Position numbers and translations under genes: made by a program
Part shown: in pieces, positions 62,569 to 64,000 of the stretch
How the letters are laid out: each line of letters begins with the position of its first letter
Numbering within the stretch: position 1 is the first letter of the stretch
DNA from: an uncultured Gemmatimonadales bacterium
GTDB taxonomy: Bacteria > Gemmatimonadota > Gemmatimonadetes > Gemmatimonadales > Gemmatimonadaceae
Length of the DNA stretch: 64,000 nucleotides
Assembly: GCA_963701965.1 (NCBI GenBank)
Contig: OY969695.1
Location: 4,096,001 to 4,160,000 of the forward strand
Reading direction: 5' to 3'
Notes under the pieces: generated by a model
What the model was told of the DNA's origin: nothing
Databases searched by the model: none
What the model saw: the letters and a program-made list of their open reading frames with translations, nothing else

Positions 62569-63353
62569 CTTCGGTTTTTCGTCCGGGATTGTTGGAGGGA
62601 CAGGTCGCCTTGATCACGGGCGGCGCGACGGGCATCGGCTACGGGGTCGCCGAGCTCCTCGCATCGCTGGGCGCGCACACGGTGCTCGCCAGCCGCAAGA
62701 AGGAACGACTCGATCCCGCCGTCGAGGGACTCCGCGCTGCCGGTGGATCGGCGAGCGCCGAGGCGTTGGACGTGCGGGACCCGGAAGCGGTGAAGACGGT
62801 CGTCGCGCGCGTCGCCGCCGAGCATGGCCGCATCGATCTCTTGGTGAACAACGCCGCGGGCAACTTCTACGCGGCGTCGGAGACGCTGAGCCCCAACGCG
62901 TGGCGCTCCGTCATCGAGATCGATCTCTTCGGGACATTCTACTGCTCACAGGCTGTCGCGCCGGTGATGCGACAGGCGGGCGGTGGCCGCATCGTGAATA
63001 TCTCGATGACGCTGCACTATCGCGGGTGGCCGCAAATGGCGCACGCCACGGCCGCCAAGGCCGGCGTCGATGCCCTGACGCGGACGCTGGCCGTCGAATG
63101 GGCGCCCGCGGGCATTCGCGTGAACGCGATCGCGCCTGGTCCGATTCCCACGGAGGGCGTACGCAAGGCGTTCGCCACGGGCGAAAGCATCGAGCGGCTG
63201 GCCAGCACCATTCCTTTGGGCCGATGGGGTTCTCCGGCCGATATCGCGAACATGGTGGCGTTTCTTGCATCGTCGGCGGGGGAGTGGATCACGGGCGCGA
63301 TCCTCGTCGTCGACGGTGGCGAATGGTTGTCACGCCCGATGCGCCAACTGTGA
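62565..63353 (+). CDS. SDR oxidoreductase (2,4-dienoyl-CoA reductase-like)
   Basis: ITGGATGIG, LVNNAAGNF, NAWRSVIEIDL, AAKAGV, NAIAPGPI, ITG..LVVDGG. Start CTG 62565 or TTG 62589. Confidence 0.9.
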   Translation: MTSVFRPGLLEGQVALITGGATGIGYGVAELLASLGAHTVLASRKKERLDPAVEGLRAAGGSASAEALDVRDPEAVKTVVARVAAEHGRIDLLVNNAAGNFYAASETLSPNAWRSVIEIDLFGTFYCSQAVAPVMRQAGGGRIVNISMTLHYRGWPQMAHATAAKAGVDALTRTLAVEWAPAGIRVNAIAPGPIPTEGVRKAFATGESIERLASTIPLGRWGSPADIANMVAFLASSAGEWITGAILVVDGGEWLSRPMRQL

Positions 63354-63364
63354 TATAAGTCACA
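63349..63364. promoter_or_regulatory. CRP/FNR-family palindrome TGTGA-N6-TCACA upstream of the OmpA-family gene
   Basis: TGTGA tataag TCACA; overlaps the SDR stop codon. Confidence 0.55.
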
Positions 63365-63472
63365 AAGTTAGGCGCTTGACGCGTCGGTACATTTCTCGCA
63401 TCGAGACTTGAACAGAGGGCGTGGGCTACATTCGTTCGTTTCATTTCACCCCAAAGATTGGGGGGAGTCTGC

Positions 63473-64000
63473 ATGAGAATGTCGTCGAAGCATGTCGCGT
63501 CGGTCGCGCTGGTCGTGCCTTTCTTGGGCGCCTGCGTGCATCCAGGGCAGTACAAGAAGGATCTCGCTGAAACACGGGCGCAGATCACGCAGCAGGTCGG
63601 CCAGGAGAAGTCCGAGCGCATGGCCGCGGACAGCGCGTTGCAGGGGGACATCGGGTCGGTGAAGAATGATGTCCAGAGCCTGCGGAGCGATTTGGCGGCG
63701 CTCAAGACCGAGTATGGCGCCAAGATCAGCGCCCTCGAGTCCGGAATGCAGTTCGCCTTCCCGGTGAACTTTGCGTTCGACAATGCGACGGTCAAAGATG
63801 ATGACAAGGCGGCGCTCGACAAATTCGCCGCGGTCGCGCAGAAGTATTACGGCGGGTCGAAGATCACCATCGAGGGGTTCTCGGACCCGGCAGGTACGAA
63901 GCAGTACAATCTGGCGCTCTCGCAGCGTCGGGCCGACGCGGTTCGGGACTATCTGGCGACCAAGGGCATCGACCTGTCGGTCATTAAGACGGTCGGCTAC
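63473..64000 (+). CDS. OmpA-family (Pal-like) lipoprotein, 3'-truncated by window edge
   Basis: Not in the ORF track because it has no stop in the window. MRMSSKHVASVALVVPFLGA-C lipobox, coiled coil, VNFAFD, IEGFSDPAG..YNLALSQRRADAV. Confidence 0.9.
   Translation, partial: MRMSSKHVASVALVVPFLGACVHPGQYKKDLAETRAQITQQVGQEKSERMAADSALQGDIGSVKNDVQSLRSDLAALKTEYGAKISALESGMQFAFPVNFAFDNATVKDDDKAALDKFAAVAQKYYGGSKITIEGFSDPAGTKQYNLALSQRRADAVRDYLATKGIDLSVIKTVGY

Overview
High-GC bacterial chromosome segment. Gene content and order suggest Gemmatimonadota (my inference). It is mostly core genes: tig-clpP-clpX-lon-engB, tRNA-Leu(TAG), degP, dnaK, deoC-ppk1, a full phoB-phoR-pstSSCABB-phoU-ppx operon, add/PNP/thiD, a second lon, and ffh-rpsP-rimM-trmD-rplS-rnhB. 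Less ordinary parts: (i) a chaperone-usher-like pilus cluster at the left edge; (ii) a 4 x 68-bp multi-hairpin tandem array between clpP and clpX, each unit ending in an IS-end-like TTTTTCAGCACCCTGCTAG; (iii) a ~1.2-kb island at tRNA-Leu, bounded by a decayed tRNA copy, carrying a proteasome-beta-like (Thr1/Asp17/Lys) Ntn-hydrolase and a small ORF; (iv) an ECF sigma/anti-sigma cluster with two CBM48-like glycogen-binding domains; (v) a stand-alone single-ATPase Clp protein. Window-wide patterns: two perfect TGTGA-N6-TCACA boxes, five probable CTG starts at CTGA stop/start overlaps, leaderless-type promoters, and a recurrent (C)GATG->(C)AATG/GAATG change that accounts for odd residues and both frameshifts (probably a methylation-linked sequencing artefact). 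All product calls come from motif recognition by eye; no database search was run.
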